A DNA stretch of 64,000 bases. Source: Octopus bimaculoides (lineage: Eukaryota). Shown piece by piece: positions 60,087-64,000 of the stretch. The stretch spans positions 50,257,825-50,321,824 of the forward strand of contig NC_068996.1 of the NCBI RefSeq assembly GCF_001194135.2, given 5' to 3'. Made by a program: the position numbers and the translations under genes. The notes below the pieces were generated by a model. That model was not told the origin of the DNA, did no database searches, and saw only the letters and a program-made list of their open reading frames with translations. Every line of letters begins with the position of its first letter. Position 1 is the stretch's first letter.

Positions 60087-61914
60087 CTGGAATTGATTTT
60101 AAAAACCTTTATTGGTATTGATATGTATGTGTGGATTCACACACACACACACACACGTAAAAAGCACTGAGTCCACTCTGAGGAGTGGTTGGTGTTAAGA
60201 AGAGCATCCAACCATAAAATCCCTGCCAAAACAGACACAGTAGCCTTGGATAAATTTTTTTACCTTGCTGACTCCTGTCAACTGTTCTACCCATGCATGG
60301 ACAGAAGATGGATGTTAAACTATGATGATGATGATGATGATGTGTGTGTGTGTGTGTGTGTTTCTCTCTCTCTCACTCTCTCTCGCTCTCCCTCCCCCTC
60401 CCCCTCTCTCTATATATATATCAGCATCATTGTCGTTTAACGTCCGCTTTCCATGCTGGCATGGATTGGACGGTTTGACTGAGGAATTGCGAGCCAGAAA
60501 GCTGCACCAGGCTCCAATCCGATCTGACATAGTTTCTACAGCTGGATCCCCTTCCTAACATCAACCACTCCGAGAGTGTAGTGGGTTCTTTTTACATGTT
60601 ACTGGCATGTGAACCAGCCAGGCGGCATTGGCAACAACCACGCTCAAATGGTGCTTTTTATGTGCCACCAGCATGGGACCAGTCAGCCGGCACTGGCATT
60701 GAACATGCTCAAATGGTGCTTTTTACATGCTACCGGCACTGCCACATTGCTATCTGCTTTAACTGGGATTTACATAATCCTTACATACATCCTTACATAC
60801 ATACATACATATACACACACCCACCCACATATAGGTTTTATTTTGTGTGCTTGGGATCACCCTAAAAATGGAGAGCCAAAACAAACATAATTGATACTTC
60901 ATGCTCTTTTATTTAAAAAAATATGTCTGGAAGAGGTGGAAACTTGCAGGGACACATATGGTATGTATGGAAAGGATACTGATACAGAATGTGTGTGCCA
61001 GAAGTGGTCAGGAAATTTTCTGGTTTAAGATGCACCTCATTCTGTAACACCAATTGTTTTCTTTTTTACTAAGCACATTTAACCAAACCAAAATAAAATA
61101 CAATCTACTTGCAAAGCAGCAGCATTCCTAAGATTCATAACAAACAAATGCAAATAAATAAGATTTTAATAATTCATATATTGAAATTTTATGAGAGATA
61201 GCAGGAACAGGAGTACAGTAATCCCTTGCCATATCATGGTTCACCTATCATCATCATCATCATCATCGTTTAACGTCCGCTTTCCATGCTAGCATGGGTT
61301 GGACGATTTGACTGAGGACTGGTGAACCAGATGGCTACACCAGGCTCCAATCTGATTTGAACAGAGTTTCTACAGCTGGATGGTTTATTATTTGATGACC
61401 AGTAATAAAGTCACAGGGAAAAAAGTCACAATTAATTTATGGTGGCTGATAATAAAGTCACAGGAAAAAAAGGCACAGGTAATTTATGGGATCCCCCCCC
61501 CCCNNNNNNNNNNNNNNNNNNNNNNNNNNNNNNNNNNNNNNNNNNNNNNNNNNNNNNNNNNNNNNNNNNNNNNNNNNNNNNNNNNNNNNNNNNNNNNNNN
61601 NNNNNNNNNNNNNNNNNNNNNNNNNNNNNNNNNNNNNNNNNNNNNNNNNNNNNNNNNNNNNNNNNNNNNNNNNNNNNNNNNNNNNNNNNNNNNNNNNNNN
61701 NNNNNNNNNNNNNNNNCAACTTCAATAGTCGAGGGATTACTGTACAAACATTTTAATGTACTTTGCTTCAGTTATATGCCTCTGTCATAAAGTTAATAAG
61801 AGTTTAAGATAGGAATGACATTTAAGTACCTTGATGAAGGGTTCTGCAGAAATTTTTAGACTTCCCAAAGCAAATAATTATTTCTTCCTTGGGAAAAATT
61901 TTGTACATACTATA

Positions 61915-62079
61915 CAGGGCTGGCCCTAGGGTTGCTGGTGCCCAGGTAGGCTGAAATTCGGCATGTACAAGCCGACGGTCGTACAAATTTCCTTGACTTT
62001 GCCACGCCCACCTTGGTGCCCCATAGCACATGGCACCCTGGGCGACTGCCCAAATTGGCAGTACCTTGAGCTGGCCCTG
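61915..62079. mobile_element. hAT-type MITE
   Basis: CAGGGCTGGCC / AGCTGGCCCTG ends; 8-bp TSD atactata/atactatg. Confidence 0.75.
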
Positions 62080-62689
62080 ATACTATGTTCAAAAGCAGAC
62101 AATCACTGCTTATTTTGTATTCTATAACTTCACAAAAGATATTGGTTTCAAATTTTGGTACAAGTGGGGTAAGTTGATTATAGTGATCCCAGTGCTTAAC
62201 TGGGGTCGCTATAATGGATGAAAGGTTAAGTCGACCTTGGCAGAATTAGAACTCAGAACATCAAGACAACTTCACAAAAATATTAGTTGATTTATCATTT
62301 ACAAAGAAAATAAGTCACTGTGACCTATTAAATTTCTGACAGAAAATAAGTAAATGAGAATATTTTTTGTGGATAAAATTAAAAATTTTTAAGCCATACG
62401 AAAAAAAAAAACTCCCCCAAAAAGAATAGAATTTTTTTTTCCAGCTTTATATTTTCTATCAAGACACTATTTATCCAAGTAAAGAGAATGGCTTTCTAGA
62501 AATGGCTTGTATGTTTGGTTTGTTTGTTACATATTTCTACTTTTTGTCCTTTATCTAATGGAAATATCTTAAATTTACTATTTCTTTGCAAATGTTAAAT
62601 TTGATTAGAATATTATAATGTAAATGTTTTAATACTGGCATAGAATCAACTGCTACTAAGGACCTTCAACATTTTCTTCAGACTTGTGA

Positions 62690-64000
62690 CATAGAGGGCA
62701 ACTGAGAGTTCCTATGGGACAACTTCCTGAGTGCCACAGACCAAATTTGTGGCTGGTGCAAAGTCCCAATCAGACCTAAGGTGATGTGGTGGTTGAACAG
62801 TGTAGTAGACAGGGCCATTAGAGCAAAGAAACAGGCCTGGGAAGATTGGAAGAATGGTGGTAACAGAAAACTATGTCAGGTAGCTAAGGGAGAAGCAGAA
62901 AGGAGAAAGTTTGCCAATGTCCTGCAGCATGAGGACCAAAGACTTGAGATGTTTCGGATGGTAAGACAGTGTGTCAGAGAGAATCATGGTGCTGTAGGAG
63001 AGAAGTGTGTTCACATGGATGATGGTTCAAATGCAGTTAGAAATTCTGCAAAGGAGAGCCTGCCTAATGTGGACCTACTGTCAATTCCCATGGACAGTTT
63101 ATGTGAATCGACAGTGGCTTAGTAGATAAAGCAATTCAGGATAAGACAGGGAAAGCCTCTGGCCCCTCAAGTATCACCGCTGAGATGCTTAAAATATCTG
63201 GTGGAGTGGGATATAGTCTAGTCACTCATATAGTTAACCAAGTTGTCTACGAGGGAGTCATCCAGCAACTGGTGTAGCAGCAAGCAGCATTATAGTTAAC
63301 TGTTACAAAGGTAAAGGTGATGCCTTAGACAGAAATTACGAAGGCATCAAATTGCTGGACCAGGTCATGAAAGTTACGGAGAGTAACAATTCAATTAATT
63401 AGAAAGTTAACCTAGATGAGATGCAGCTTGGTTTTGAGCCAGGAAGAAGCATAACTGATGCTATCTTCCTGGTGAGGCAACTGCAGGGAAAGTATTTAAA
63501 CAAAATAATTCTCCTCTGTATTTGGCTTTTGTTGACATGGAGAAAGCCTTCGACAGGTCCCTTGCTCCCTTATCTGGTGATCAATGCAGAAGCTAGGGAT
63601 AGATGAGCAGTGAGTGAGAGCTGTAGAAGCCATATACAGGGATGCTGTCAGAAAGGTGAAAGTTGGCAATGAATATAGCAAGGAATTTAGTGTACAGGTA
63701 GGAGTTCACCAGGGATTTGTTCTCATAGTCTTTCAGGTCAAAACAGAGAGGAATTTAAGACTGGCTGCCCTTGGGGGCTCATTTGTGCTGATGACCTTGT
63801 TCTTATTGCTGTATGACTACCAAAACTAGAAATTTTAGGTGTGGAAGCAAGACCTGGAATCAGAGGGACTTAATCCAAAGTTCGAATAAATATGAAAGCA
63901 GACAAATTACTGATCCCTTCAGGGAGATGGCCTTGCTTGATATGTAGAAAAGGTGTTGGTAGAAACTTCATATGGTGTACTCAGTGCAAGCTACGGACAC
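62690..64000 (+). mobile_element. RTE-clade LINE fragment (linker and RT), decayed, runs off the window end
   Basis: QLGFEPGRSITDAIFLVRQLQGKY, GVHQG; homologous to 49600-50250. Confidence 0.9.

Noticed and set aside
32399-61790. Long ORFs in the track (poly-X, YIYI, THTH, poly-T/L)
   Set aside because: Artefacts of N gaps and microsatellites.
1-64000. CRISPR array or prokaryotic operon
   Set aside because: The sequence is intron-rich eukaryotic DNA; the tandem units seen are degenerate retroelement minisatellites without unique spacers.

Overview
AT-rich, repeat-dense animal genomic DNA with several N gaps. The SINE/RTE repeat set and microsatellites suggest an octopod cephalopod (inferred, not proven). 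One host gene runs on the minus strand: 20 coding exons (60086 to 7272) splice GT-AG in consistent phase into 737 aa plus a stop and match the coiled-coil and C-terminal part of the centriolar/ciliary protein OFD1. Its 5' exons lie beyond the window. The introns hold RTE and R4/Dong LINE pieces, at least four tRNA-derived SINE families, TTAA-, TA- and hAT-type MITEs, a solo LTR and Penelope-like (PLE) remnants. The most interesting signal is about a dozen hammerhead-ribozyme (HHR) motifs in several unrelated sequence contexts. They include a tRNA-Arg-headed SINE with a minimal type I hammerhead in its tail (4 copies, one with an intact core), an intact HHR at 56486-56569, and HHR cores in the arms of long palindromes and next to PLE GIY-YIG remnants. 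Several local inverted duplications would form long dsRNA in the OFD1 pre-mRNA; one pair brackets a single exon.
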